Shown here: positions 55,262 to 64,000 of the stretch, in pieces
Position numbering within the stretch: the stretch's first letter is position 1
Layout: every line of letters begins with the position of its first letter
NCBI GenBank assembly: GCA_963677975.1
Contig: OY782677.1
Coordinates: 1,409,821-1,473,820, forward strand
DNA length: 64,000 nt
From: Bacteroidales bacterium
Lineage (GTDB): Bacteria; Bacteroidota; Bacteroidia; Bacteroidales; UBA4417
Reading direction: 5' to 3'
Made by a program: the position numbers and the translations under genes
The notes under the pieces: model-generated
Database searches by the model: none
Told to the model about the DNA's origin: nothing
What the model saw: only the letters and a program-made list of their open reading frames with translations

Positions 55262-56692
55262 CTACGATTTCTTGTTTTTCATTATCCATGAAGCCGGAAA
55301 GCCTTCCTTCTTTATGTCCTTCAGTTTCAGTTCGGCTTCTTTTAATGTATTAAACCCAATCATACTTACCACATACAAGCCACCCGGTGTAGTATCAACA
55401 ATAGCTGGTGAATATCCTTTGGATTCAAGCGTTCTGATTAGTTTCAACGCATTGTTATGATCGCGGAATGCACCTCCGATAATATGAAAAGCTTGTGTGT
55501 TGAAACTAGATTTGCCAACTGGTGTGGATTTGGTTATTGGCTCTTCGACAGGAGCAATTTTTACTGTAGCCTTGGTTTCAATGCAGGTTGTGTTTTTTGC
55601 AACGACGTTTGTTTTGGAAGAAGCATCAATTGCAGGTCCTTTTGAGAATTTTGGCCAGGGATAAGCAGTAATAGTGGTTGTTTTTATGCCTGCATCAGCT
55701 TCCGGGCAGATAGCATTTTTAGCGGTACCTGAAATGGAAGAAGCGTTTTCATTTGAATTAACACCTGGGGCTGGAATGGGATTGCTTAAAGCATCGGTTT
55801 TAATAACCGGAACGGTTTTACTAATGCTTTCAGATACAGGTACAACATCCTTATTGATAGCGGGACTATTAGCATCAGGGTCTCCTGGTAACTTACCGGC
55901 CACATAATAGATATCTTCTTTTGCCAGTTCGCAATACGATATAATGCCTGGATTGAATGTGATATTTTCGTCAGCCAGCACCCCGGCAGGTGATTTTACA
56001 ACCTCTGCGGGTGTTTCTTCAACCCTGGCAACCGGAACAGCAATTGTTACAGGCGCAGTTTTTCCTGGTGTTGAGCGAACCCAGGAATACATTCCTGTAT
56101 AATTATGTATATAATTATCAATGAGATTGCCTTTTATGGAACCCCATAGAACAAACGCAACAAAGGGTGCAAGCACTGCTGCCCATTTGAGGGTTTCGGG
56201 TACAAGATGCCTGAATTTTGAATGGCTGCCGGAACGTAATGACGGCTGAATTTCAGGAATTACCTGTTCAGCTATTGCAGTAGCTGGTTTTGCCCTGAAT
56301 ACAGGCAATCCGAATGAATCGGCATTGAAATTGATTTGCCTTGCAGGAGTAAATTCAATATTGCCTGAGGTATTGAGAAATAATTCCCCTATCCCTTCGA
56401 TGGCAACCTTTTCGTCTCTTTTCAGAAGTTTAACCGAAGTATCGACCCAGACTTTAATATCGTAAAGGGCTTCACGATACGAAGTGTTTTCGGCAGCAGC
56501 AATATGATTTGCAAGCAACCCGTCATTTGCTGAAAGCCCGGCATTGAAAGCAACACTCCCCGAAGGCGGGTAGAATTCATGGGTGGAATGCAAAATCCAG
56601 GCCGGATTGCTTGCTTTGATAAAGCCTCCCAGACCAGGAACTATCACACATTCGTGATGATAAAGTAAATCAGCGATATGCCGTGTTATCAT
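55262..56692 (-). CDS. SPOR domain protein with N-terminal HU-CCDC81-like domains
   Basis: 476 aa. The N-terminal segment is LLYHHECVIVPGLGGFI. A central TM helix and a low-complexity linker follow. The C-terminal SPOR-like segment is FHIIGGAFRDHNNALKL...GY. Confidence 0.7.
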   Translation of the reverse strand: MITRHIADLLYHHECVIVPGLGGFIKASNPAWILHSTHEFYPPSGSVAFNAGLSANDGLLANHIAAAENTSYREALYDIKVWVDTSVKLLKRDEKVAIEGIGELFLNTSGNIEFTPARQINFNADSFGLPVFRAKPATAIAEQVIPEIQPSLRSGSHSKFRHLVPETLKWAAVLAPFVAFVLWGSIKGNLIDNYIHNYTGMYSWVRSTPGKTAPVTIAVPVARVEETPAEVVKSPAGVLADENITFNPGIISYCELAKEDIYYVAGKLPGDPDANSPAINKDVVPVSESISKTVPVIKTDALSNPIPAPGVNSNENASSISGTAKNAICPEADAGIKTTTITAYPWPKFSKGPAIDASSKTNVVAKNTTCIETKATVKIAPVEEPITKSTPVGKSSFNTQAFHIIGGAFRDHNNALKLIRTLESKGYSPAIVDTTPGGLYVVSMIGFNTLKEAELKLKDIKKEGFPASWIMKNKKS

Positions 56693-56743
56693 TGGTATTT
56701 GCGCATTTTAATGCGCTAAGATAATACAATCGGCCTGAAGATA

Positions 56744-57499
56744 TCAAGCATTGTTAGTAAGTTTGGATAAATCATCGGGGGTGTCGACGCCAAATGTCTC
56801 AATATCAGTTAATGCCGTTGTGACGCTGTATCCGTGATGCAACCAGCGCAACTGTTCGAGCGATTCAGCTATTTCGGAGGGAGATTCACTGAGTCCGATA
56901 ATCGGCAGGATTATGTTTGCCCGGTATGCATACAAGCCAATATGCCTGAAGTATTCATGTTTGTTTAGCCAGTCTTTCTGTTCGGCTCCACGAAGAAAAG
57001 GAATTGGTGAGCGGCTGAAAAAGAGTGCATTGCCTGAATCCGAAACTATAACTTTAACCACATTCGGGTTAAATAAGTCGTCGTTATTGTGGATTTTCAT
57101 GATGAGTGTACCAATCTGTACATCGGGATTGGTGAAGAGTGAAACTGCCAGGTCGATCTGTTTAGGGTCGATAAAAGGTTCGTCACCCTGGATATTCACG
57201 ATCACATCGAACGGAAAATTCCCTTCCTGTGTTATTTTTTCGACAACTTCACCAATACGTGAAGTTCCGGAAACATGAGTATCCGAAGTCATCATCACCT
57301 CGCCTCCGCAGGCTGTCACATGGTCATAAATCCGCATATCATCCGTGGCAACAATAACACGGCTCAGCATTGTACTTTTGCGCGCCTGTTCATATACACG
57401 CATAATCATACTCTTCCCGTTTATCATTGCCAGAGGCTTGCCCGGGAAACGGCTTGATGCATATCGTGCGGGAATTACTCCCAAAGCCTGCAATGTCAT
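56744..57499 (-). CDS. kdsB: 3-deoxy-manno-octulosonate cytidylyltransferase (CMP-KDO synthetase)
   Basis: 251 aa with the motifs IPARY.S.RFPGKPL, VNIQGDEP and LEQLR.L..G. Confidence 0.9.
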   Translation of the reverse strand: MTLQALGVIPARYASSRFPGKPLAMINGKSMIMRVYEQARKSTMLSRVIVATDDMRIYDHVTACGGEVMMTSDTHVSGTSRIGEVVEKITQEGNFPFDVIVNIQGDEPFIDPKQIDLAVSLFTNPDVQIGTLIMKIHNNDDLFNPNVVKVIVSDSGNALFFSRSPIPFLRGAEQKDWLNKHEYFRHIGLYAYRANIILPIIGLSESPSEIAESLEQLRWLHHGYSVTTALTDIETFGVDTPDDLSKLTNNA

Positions 57500-57526
57500 A
57501 TATGCCGATACAGATTATTGTTCAAT

Positions 57527-59002
57527 TTAATAGGAACGTGCAAAGATGACCCGTTGTTTCGAAGGATTACCTGTCAGTATGCATTTGCCTTCTTCCATTT
57601 TGCCATTAATAGGGATGAGCCGGATGGTTGCCTTGGTTTCTTCTTTAATCCGTTGTTCGGTTTCAGAAGTGCCGTCCCAATGGGCTGAAATAAAACCGCC
57701 TTTCCCATCGAGCAGTTCATTGAACTCTGCCCATGTATCAGCCATGGTCGTATTTTCTTCGCGGAAATCGAAGGCTTTCTGGTATAGGTTTTCCTGTATA
57801 CTTTCGAGCAGGTGACTGATCTTGTGTTCGATATCCGTAAGTTGATAGACTGATTTTTCAAGGGTATCGCGGCGTGCAACTTCAACAGTTCCGTTTTCGA
57901 GATCGCGCGGACCAATAGCCAGGCGGACAGGTACACCCTTAAATTCATACTCGTTAAACTTCCATCCTGGTTTCTGTGTATTGCGGTCATCGTATTTCAC
58001 GCTGATACCAAGAGCTTTCAGCTTTTTAACAATCACATCAACGGTTTCAGAAATTAATGCAAGCTGCTCATCATTTTTATATATAGGAATAATTACAACC
58101 TGTATTGGAGCTAGTTTTGGGGGAAGAACAAGCCCGTGGTCGTCGGAATGCGACATGATTAACGCGCCCATCAGGCGGGTGGAGACACCCCAGGATGTTG
58201 CCCAAACATAATCAAGTTTATTTTCCTTGCTTAAAAACTGGACATCAAAGGCTTTGGCAAAATTCTGCCCCAGGAAATGCGATGTCCCTGCCTGCAGGGC
58301 TTTACCATCCTGCATAAGGGCTTCGATACAGTAGGTTTCGACAGCTCCTGCGAAACGCTCGTTAGGTGACTTTACACCTTTTAGTACAGGCATTGCCATC
58401 CATTTTTCGGCAAAAGTTGCATAGATATTCAGGATTTTTTCAGTCTCCTCCAATGCTTCGGCTTCAGTAGCATGGGCAGTATGACCTTCCTGCCAGAGAA
58501 ATTCGGTTGTGCGTAAAAATAAACGGGTGCGCATTTCCCATCGTACTACATTGGCCCACTGATTAATAAGTAAAGGCAAATCGCGGTACGACTGAATCCA
58601 GGTCCGGTAAGTGTCCCAGATAATAGTTTCGGAAGTTGGCCTTACGATCAGTTCTTCATCCAGTTTGGCATCAGGATCCACTATTACTCCTTTGCCATCG
58701 GGTGAGTTCTTCAACCTGTAATGGGTTACAACTGCACATTCCTTTGCAAAACCTTCAACATGCGAAGCTTCCTTGCTGAAAAATGATTTTGGTATGAAGA
58801 GGGGGAAATAGGCATTTTGATGACCGGTTTCTTTAAACATATCATCGAGAGCTCTTTGTATTTTCTCCCAAATTGCATATCCATAGGGTTTGATAACCAT
58901 ACATCCCCTTACAGCTGAGTTATCAGCCAGATCGGCTTTGATTACCAGGTCGTTATACCATTGTGAATAATTCTCTTCGCGTGATGAAAAATCTTTTGCC
59001 AT
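57527..59002 (-). CDS. proS: Proline--tRNA ligase (archaeal/eukaryotic-like type)
   Basis: 491 aa. The N-terminus is Y.QWY..... followed by class II motifs, and the C-terminal domain ends in a terminal Tyr, as in the short ProRS type common in Bacteroidota. Confidence 0.93.
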   Translation of the reverse strand: MAKDFSSREENYSQWYNDLVIKADLADNSAVRGCMVIKPYGYAIWEKIQRALDDMFKETGHQNAYFPLFIPKSFFSKEASHVEGFAKECAVVTHYRLKNSPDGKGVIVDPDAKLDEELIVRPTSETIIWDTYRTWIQSYRDLPLLINQWANVVRWEMRTRLFLRTTEFLWQEGHTAHATEAEALEETEKILNIYATFAEKWMAMPVLKGVKSPNERFAGAVETYCIEALMQDGKALQAGTSHFLGQNFAKAFDVQFLSKENKLDYVWATSWGVSTRLMGALIMSHSDDHGLVLPPKLAPIQVVIIPIYKNDEQLALISETVDVIVKKLKALGISVKYDDRNTQKPGWKFNEYEFKGVPVRLAIGPRDLENGTVEVARRDTLEKSVYQLTDIEHKISHLLESIQENLYQKAFDFREENTTMADTWAEFNELLDGKGGFISAHWDGTSETEQRIKEETKATIRLIPINGKMEEGKCILTGNPSKQRVIFARSY

Positions 59003-59127
59003 TTTATTAATTGTGGTATGATAATTGCATGTATTTTAGTACTGATAGTCTGCAAAATTACAAAAATTATCTCTCAGTCTGTATTAAATCAAGCTTCAAT
59101 ATGAGGTTAAACAAAAGGAGGTCGATC

Positions 59128-60729
59128 ATGAAATACTTTATTACACTTGTTGCCGGGTTGCTGATGTTAACATCATGTACAACCCAATACCTGGCTACTA
59201 ATACGGATGATGTTTATTATTCGCCAAGCGACCAGCCGGTTAGAAAACAAACTATGGTGGTAAAAGCCCCGGAAACAAATACGAATACGTATGCCCAGGA
59301 GCAGCTACAATCATCACAGCAGTCACAACAATCATACCAGGAGTACGGGAATTCCGATACTACATATTATGCTGACCAGCCGGACAGTTCGGCCCGTTAT
59401 GCCAGTGCAGCTGCGGATTATAGCCAGGATTATTATGACTACGAGTATTCATCACGTATCCGTCGGTTTTACGATCCATGCTGCAGTGACTACACTTCCG
59501 ATTATTATACCAGTCCATTCTGGTATGATCCAAACCCATGGAACTTCGGAATAAGTTTCAGTCTTGGTTTTGGATATTATCCTTATTATGGCGGATTCGG
59601 CTTCTATAATCCGTGGTATGGTTATCCATCTTATGGTTATGGTTATCCATATTACGGCTATGGCTATAATGATTATTGGTACGGCTATAACAACGGATAC
59701 TGGAATGGATATAACGAAGGAAATTATGGATATCCTAATGCCGGCTATACCGAATATGGCCATCGCGGATCAGTTGGAAGTTCCGGAACATCCGGACGGG
59801 GAGATGTTTATGGCAGGGAAGGCAAATCGGGCACTACCAGCTATTCAGGCAGAACCGGTACTTCAAATATTGACTCAAGAAGCGGCACAAGTTCAATGAG
59901 TAATCAGCGTTCAGGTGCTACAAGCGAGACTCGCGGTGGTACAGTAGGTAACGACAGCAGGAGCACACTTACACAGGGTACGACCATTCCACAGAATACA
60001 AGAAATGCTTCAAACGGTGCTACGACAACGCAAAATACGCGTAACCAGAATGCTCCCGGTACGACTACGAATACAAACAGGGGGACTGTAAACCCCGGAG
60101 CCTCAACCCAGAGGCCGGCAGGCAGCAGTACCCAGCCACAGCGTCAGTATCGCTATACAGCACCTAACCGCAACAGCCAGAATCCGAATGGGGTAAACCG
60201 TAATAATACAACCAACGAACGCAATACCCAAACATATACTTCTCCTGAATACAACCGGCCACGTTCGGGACAGGAATATACATCGCCAAAATACAGGAAT
60301 ACACAGCCTTCGGTCAATGGCCAGAACAATACGCGGGTTTCACCGCAAGGTAATAATACAAACCGTCCTGTAAATCCAACTTATTCGAGGCCAAATACCG
60401 AACGCCAGGTTACAACACCATCGAATGGCAGTTATCAGGCACCAACATACAACCGGAGTTCGCAGCCAACCCCAACCCGTTCTAACACATATACGGCTCC
60501 TACACGAAGTAGTTCGCCATCCCCATCCCGGTCGAACGAGAGTTATACTCCTTCGAGGAATTCATCATCGGGATCAGGTGGCAGTTATACTCCTTCACGA
60601 AGTTCTTCTTCGGGATCAAGCGGGAGTTCAAGTGGAGGTTCGAGCAGGGGATCCAGCGGCAGTTCCGGCGGAGGATCATCATCAGGGAGCAGTCGTGGTT
60701 CATCATCAGGATCGGGAGGCCGCAGATAA
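59128..60729 (+). CDS. Predicted lipoprotein with extreme low-complexity Tyr/Gly-rich and Ser/Thr/Asn/Arg/Gly-rich regions
   Basis: The ORF track starts at 59011. The ATG at 59128 gives the lipoprotein signal MKYFITLVAGLLMLTSC. A Y/G block follows (YYPYYGGFGFYNPWYGYPSYGYGYPYYGYGYNDYWYGYNNGYWNGY), then about 330 aa of S/T/N/R/Q/P-rich sequence ending in SGSSGSSSGGSSRGSSGSSGGGSSSGSSRGSSSGSGGRR. Confidence 0.6.
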   Translation: MKYFITLVAGLLMLTSCTTQYLATNTDDVYYSPSDQPVRKQTMVVKAPETNTNTYAQEQLQSSQQSQQSYQEYGNSDTTYYADQPDSSARYASAAADYSQDYYDYEYSSRIRRFYDPCCSDYTSDYYTSPFWYDPNPWNFGISFSLGFGYYPYYGGFGFYNPWYGYPSYGYGYPYYGYGYNDYWYGYNNGYWNGYNEGNYGYPNAGYTEYGHRGSVGSSGTSGRGDVYGREGKSGTTSYSGRTGTSNIDSRSGTSSMSNQRSGATSETRGGTVGNDSRSTLTQGTTIPQNTRNASNGATTTQNTRNQNAPGTTTNTNRGTVNPGASTQRPAGSSTQPQRQYRYTAPNRNSQNPNGVNRNNTTNERNTQTYTSPEYNRPRSGQEYTSPKYRNTQPSVNGQNNTRVSPQGNNTNRPVNPTYSRPNTERQVTTPSNGSYQAPTYNRSSQPTPTRSNTYTAPTRSSSPSPSRSNESYTPSRNSSSGSGGSYTPSRSSSSGSSGSSSGGSSRGSSGSSGGGSSSGSSRGSSSGSGGRR

Positions 60730-60851
60730 TTCAAAACATTAACAGCATTAATGACTTCTTGTTTTTTAAACAGCCTGCAAACCTAAAAGGTGCTCTAATA
60801 AACACAATGCAGGGATTGCAGGTTTTTTACTGACCATTAATTTTTACAGCC

Positions 60852-62291
60852 ATGAAAAAGATACTTGCTATTTTACTGACAGTTTCCTTATCAATCACAG
60901 TTTTTGCCCAGAACGAAAACGACGCCTTACGTTATTCACTTATCAATTATGGCGGTAGTGCACGTTTTTCAGGCTTATCGGGGGCATATGGGGCCGTAGG
61001 CGCTGATTTTTCGTCACTGAGCCAGAACCCTGCAGGCATAGGATTATTCCGGAAATCGGAATTTGTAATAACCCCCGTTTTCTCCGGCAACAATACTACA
61101 AGCACATTCCGGGGTAATACACTGGATGATCACAGGAATACAGCATACCTTGGGAATATAGGGTTTGTATTCACACAAAATATGAACGGAATGGCCGGTC
61201 CAATTGTGCAGATGCAGTTTGGATTCGGGGTCAATATGATGTCGATGTTCAGTAACCGGATGAGGCTAACCGGTTTTAACAACGAGAATTCACTACTTAC
61301 AACCTATGTTAACGAAGCGAATTCTAATCCCAAACCCTTATCCGACTGGGATAATTTCGGGGCAGGGCTGGCCTGGGACGTAAACCTGATTTTTTATGAT
61401 TCGACCAATTCCAAATGGGCTGCCGATATGGAAAGAGGCGGTATACAGCAAACAAAAAGTATTGAAACTCAGGGAAGCACCAACGAAACAGTGCTTAGCG
61501 CCGGCGCCAACATCTCGGATAAACTTTACCTGGGTGTAACATTCGCATTCCCCTTTATCCGTTACCGTGAAGACAGCCGATACACAGAAGAAGATACCAA
61601 GAACCTTAATACGTATTTTAAATCCTTCACCAGGACCGAATACCTCGAGACCCGCGGATCAGGATTTAATTTCAAGGCTGGATTTATTTATAAGCCAGTC
61701 GAATTTCTGAGAATCGGGGGCGCAATACATACCCCGACCAATTATTATAATATGTCGGATAATTATTCAGCTACCATGAATTCCGATTTTGATAAAGACC
61801 TACCCTATTCCAAGACTTCACCAAGTGGTTATTATGACTACGAATTAAAAACCCCTTTCAGGGCAATGGGAAGTGTTGCCGTGTTATTCGGCAAGTTCGG
61901 ACTTATCAGTGCTGACTATGAATACATTGATTATTCCGCATCACGCTTATGGGCCTCCGACTATAGTTTTTCAACCGAAAACAATTCTATACGTGAGGAT
62001 TATACGTCGGCTAATAATTTCCGTTTCGGAGCCGAACTTAAAGCTGGTATCGCAGCATTCCGGGGAGGTTACAGTATTTATGGAACACCGTACTCAGGAA
62101 CCGATGGTTCCAAAGGAGGAAGAACCGGTTTTTCGTTGGGAGCTGGTATTCGGGAAAAAGGTTATTATGCTGATTTCTCATACAATCACACCAGTTCCGA
62201 AAGCTACTATTACATGTACAACATAGCTCCGTCATCGCTGAATACAACTAATACCAATGCCTATAGCCTGACTCTTGGTCTCCGGTTTTAA
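60852..62291 (+). CDS. Outer-membrane beta-barrel protein, FadL/OmpP1/TodX-like
   Basis: 479 aa with a signal peptide ending VFAQ. The N-terminal segment is DALRYS....GSARF.G..GA.GA.G.D.S....NPAG and the protein ends in the strand YSLTLGLRF. The family assignment is from memory only. Confidence 0.5.
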   Translation: MKKILAILLTVSLSITVFAQNENDALRYSLINYGGSARFSGLSGAYGAVGADFSSLSQNPAGIGLFRKSEFVITPVFSGNNTTSTFRGNTLDDHRNTAYLGNIGFVFTQNMNGMAGPIVQMQFGFGVNMMSMFSNRMRLTGFNNENSLLTTYVNEANSNPKPLSDWDNFGAGLAWDVNLIFYDSTNSKWAADMERGGIQQTKSIETQGSTNETVLSAGANISDKLYLGVTFAFPFIRYREDSRYTEEDTKNLNTYFKSFTRTEYLETRGSGFNFKAGFIYKPVEFLRIGGAIHTPTNYYNMSDNYSATMNSDFDKDLPYSKTSPSGYYDYELKTPFRAMGSVAVLFGKFGLISADYEYIDYSASRLWASDYSFSTENNSIREDYTSANNFRFGAELKAGIAAFRGGYSIYGTPYSGTDGSKGGRTGFSLGAGIREKGYYADFSYNHTSSESYYYMYNIAPSSLNTTNTNAYSLTLGLRF

Positions 62292-62390
62292 TGTCAGATA
62301 TGCTGAGAAGTGATTTTTCGAATTAATTCTGTTATTACAGAGCTATAGAATGCTTAAACCCGCATTGGTTTTTCAAGGTTTATAAAAGGA

Positions 62391-62416
62391 AGAGAGACTG
62401 CTTTGGCGGTCTCTCT
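62391..62416 (+). terminator. Hairpin terminator after the FadL-like gene
   Basis: Stem AGAGAGAC / GTCTCTCT with a 10-nt loop, followed by TCTTTAATT. The T-tract is only moderate. Confidence 0.5.
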
Positions 62417-62524
62417 TCTTTAATTCAAACAGCAGGTGCCTTGATATTAATATATCAGGATAAAACCTTATGATCATAGCTTTGTTATATTACAGTAGAT
62501 AAATTGTACTTATTAAAAATCTGA

Positions 62525-63811
62525 ATGCAACTTAATATTCCTGATTCACAGCAAAAACGCATACTCATTGCCGGCGGAGGATTTGCCGGACTTAAACTGG
62601 CGACCCGCTTATCAAAAACAAATTTCCAGGTGGTGTTGATTGATAAAAACAATTTCCACCAGTTTCAACCCCTATTTTACCAGGTAGCAACTGCCGGCCT
62701 CGAACCCAGTGCAATTTCATTTCCCCTGAGAAAGATATTTCAACATACGAAGAACATTTACATAAGGGTTGCGGAGGTTACCGGTGTTAATACCGAACTT
62801 AATGAAGTTGTTACTTCGCTGGGATCGGTTTCCTACGATATTCTTGTATTGTCAATGGGCGTCGACACCAATTTTTTCGGTATGAAGCATATTATGGCAA
62901 ATTCCATTCCGATGAAATCAGTCTCCGAAGCCTTACGCCTCAGGAACCGGATATTACAGAATTTTGAAGATGCACTTATCGAACCCGATCCTGAACGGCA
63001 GAAAGCGCTACTGAATATTGTAGTTGTTGGTGGTGGCCCGACAGGTGTGGAAGTTTCGGGAACACTTGCCGAAATGAAAAAGTACATCCTGCCGAAAGAT
63101 TATCCCGAAATGGATTTCAGTAGAATGAATATTTACCTGCTCGAAGCAGGTAGCCGGCTTTTAAACGGGATGTCAGAACATTCATCCGAAAAAGCCGAAA
63201 AATACCTTGAAAACCTTGGCGTAAATGTAATCTGCAACGCTCATGTGAGCGATTACGACGGAGAAAGAGTAAGCATGCTGAATAAAACGGAGTACCTGAC
63301 CAGGACACTGGTTTGGGCAGCAGGAGTATCGGGTAAACCGGTTGCTGGGTTAAATTCTGGTTTATATGGGAGGGGAAACCGTATCCGCGTCAATTCCTAT
63401 AACCAGGTTGAAGGGTTCGAAAACATCTATGCCCTTGGCGACAGTGCATACATGACTGAAACAAAATTTCCCGACGGACACCCGCAGATGGCGCAACCGG
63501 CAATACAGCAGGCGAAACTTCTGGCCCGTAACCTGGTCCGCTTCGAGAAAAACAAACCAATGCTTCCATTCAGTTACCTTGATAAAGGTTCAATGGCTAC
63601 TGTCGGCCGGAATAAGGCCGTAGTTGAACTTCCTTTCATGAAGTTTTATGGTTTCTTCGCCTGGCTCACATGGATGTTTGTGCACCTGATGGCCATTGTT
63701 GGCGTGAAAAACCGTCTCCTGATTTTTATTAACTGGTTCTGGAATTATATTACCTACGATCAATCGCTTCGCTTGATTATCAGCCCGGCGCGTAATAAGG
63801 AACAGGTCTGA
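62525..63811 (+). CDS. ndh: Type II NADH:quinone oxidoreductase (NDH-2)
   Basis: 428 aa with two dinucleotide-binding motifs (IAGGGFAG and VVGGGPTGVE) and a C-terminal membrane-anchoring region. Confidence 0.85.
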   Translation: MQLNIPDSQQKRILIAGGGFAGLKLATRLSKTNFQVVLIDKNNFHQFQPLFYQVATAGLEPSAISFPLRKIFQHTKNIYIRVAEVTGVNTELNEVVTSLGSVSYDILVLSMGVDTNFFGMKHIMANSIPMKSVSEALRLRNRILQNFEDALIEPDPERQKALLNIVVVGGGPTGVEVSGTLAEMKKYILPKDYPEMDFSRMNIYLLEAGSRLLNGMSEHSSEKAEKYLENLGVNVICNAHVSDYDGERVSMLNKTEYLTRTLVWAAGVSGKPVAGLNSGLYGRGNRIRVNSYNQVEGFENIYALGDSAYMTETKFPDGHPQMAQPAIQQAKLLARNLVRFEKNKPMLPFSYLDKGSMATVGRNKAVVELPFMKFYGFFAWLTWMFVHLMAIVGVKNRLLIFINWFWNYITYDQSLRLIISPARNKEQV

Positions 63812-63820
63812 TTTTTGATT

Positions 63821-63883
63821 TGGCTACTGGTTTAGTGGAAGTAAAGTTGGATGATAGAAGGTAGATGGTGGTAGTAGAGACTT
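63821..63883. repeat. C-poor 7-bp periodic tract after the ndh stop (TGGCTAC TGGTTTA GTGGAAG TAAAGTT GGATGAT AGAAGGT AGATGGT GGTAGTA GAGACTT)
   Basis: Read directly in steps of 7, starting 10 nt after the ndh stop. It shares the words TGATAGAAG and GAAGGTAGA with the tract at 3330-3371. Confidence 0.75.
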
Positions 63884-63928
63884 GTATAAAATTCAATTCC
63901 AATACCTTTTGTTTTATTAAATAAGGGC

Positions 63929-63950
63929 ATAAAAAAGAGCCTTCAGGCTC
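63929..63950 (-). terminator. Small hairpin terminator for a minus-strand gene lying beyond the window end
   Basis: On the minus strand the stem is GAGCC / GGCTC with a 4-nt loop, followed by TTTTTTAT. The stem is short. Confidence 0.4.
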
Positions 63951-64000
63951 CGGAAAATTAACTGTCGAAAATATCAGGCAACTGCATCCGAAGTAAAGTC

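Noticed and set aside
59291-60742. Alternative-frame and antisense ORFs within the low-complexity lipoprotein gene (59291-59554, 59452-59763, 59564-59899, 60425-60742, 60500-60706).
   Set aside because: They arise from the repetitive codon content (runs of TAT/GGC/AGC/TCA). Only the frame starting at 59128 has a lipoprotein signal and spans the whole region.
1-64000. A scan of all intergenic regions for tRNA, rRNA, tmRNA, RNase P RNA, transposase or integrase genes, and long inverted or direct repeats marking mobile elements.
   Set aside because: No spacer is long enough or has the conserved boxes (such as GGTTCGAATCC-type T-arms) for these RNAs. No ORF resembles a transposase, integrase or phage protein. 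No long terminal repeats were seen.

Overview
This is a 64-kb chromosomal segment that looks like Bacteroidota. The evidence is the T9SS C-terminal sorting domains, gldB, the bamA-skp-skp arrangement, type III glutamine synthetase, and TAnnTTTG -7 promoter boxes. About 50 genes are packed densely on both strands and almost all are housekeeping: bamA/skp, nadB, creD, sucAB, a ferredoxin plus korAB, metK, a GH92 mannosidase, frr-pyrH, secA, lpxK, Nif3 with a zinc-ribbon protein, gldB, nadE, nifU/mrp, glnN, trmB, kdsB, proS and ndh. I found no rRNA, tRNA, CRISPR array, transposase, integrase, prophage or recognisable defence or biosynthetic cluster. The most unusual signal is non-coding. Many intergenic spacers carry degenerate low-complexity tandem tracts with a 7-bp period (one has an 8-bp period). 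Several sit as inverted pairs, and five abut or overlap stop codons (nadB, sucA, GH92, pyrH, ndh). They resemble cyanobacterial STRR heptamer arrays, and I know of no such description for Bacteroidota. Other points are listed here:
- secA is split by a 1-nt frameshift.
- A 55-aa 2x[4Fe-4S] ferredoxin missing from the ORF track lies beside korAB.
- The metK leader can form a pseudoknot and may be a SAM-II-like riboswitch.
- A predicted lipoprotein has an extreme Tyr/Gly- and Ser/Gly/Arg-rich sequence.
- A small cluster of T9SS cargo genes includes two paralogs.
- A tandem pair of transglutaminase-like genes has one copy with the catalytic triad intact and one with it degenerate.
- An alkyltransferase-like protein lacks the catalytic Cys.
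All function calls come from reading the translated ORFs and recalling family motifs. No database search was run.
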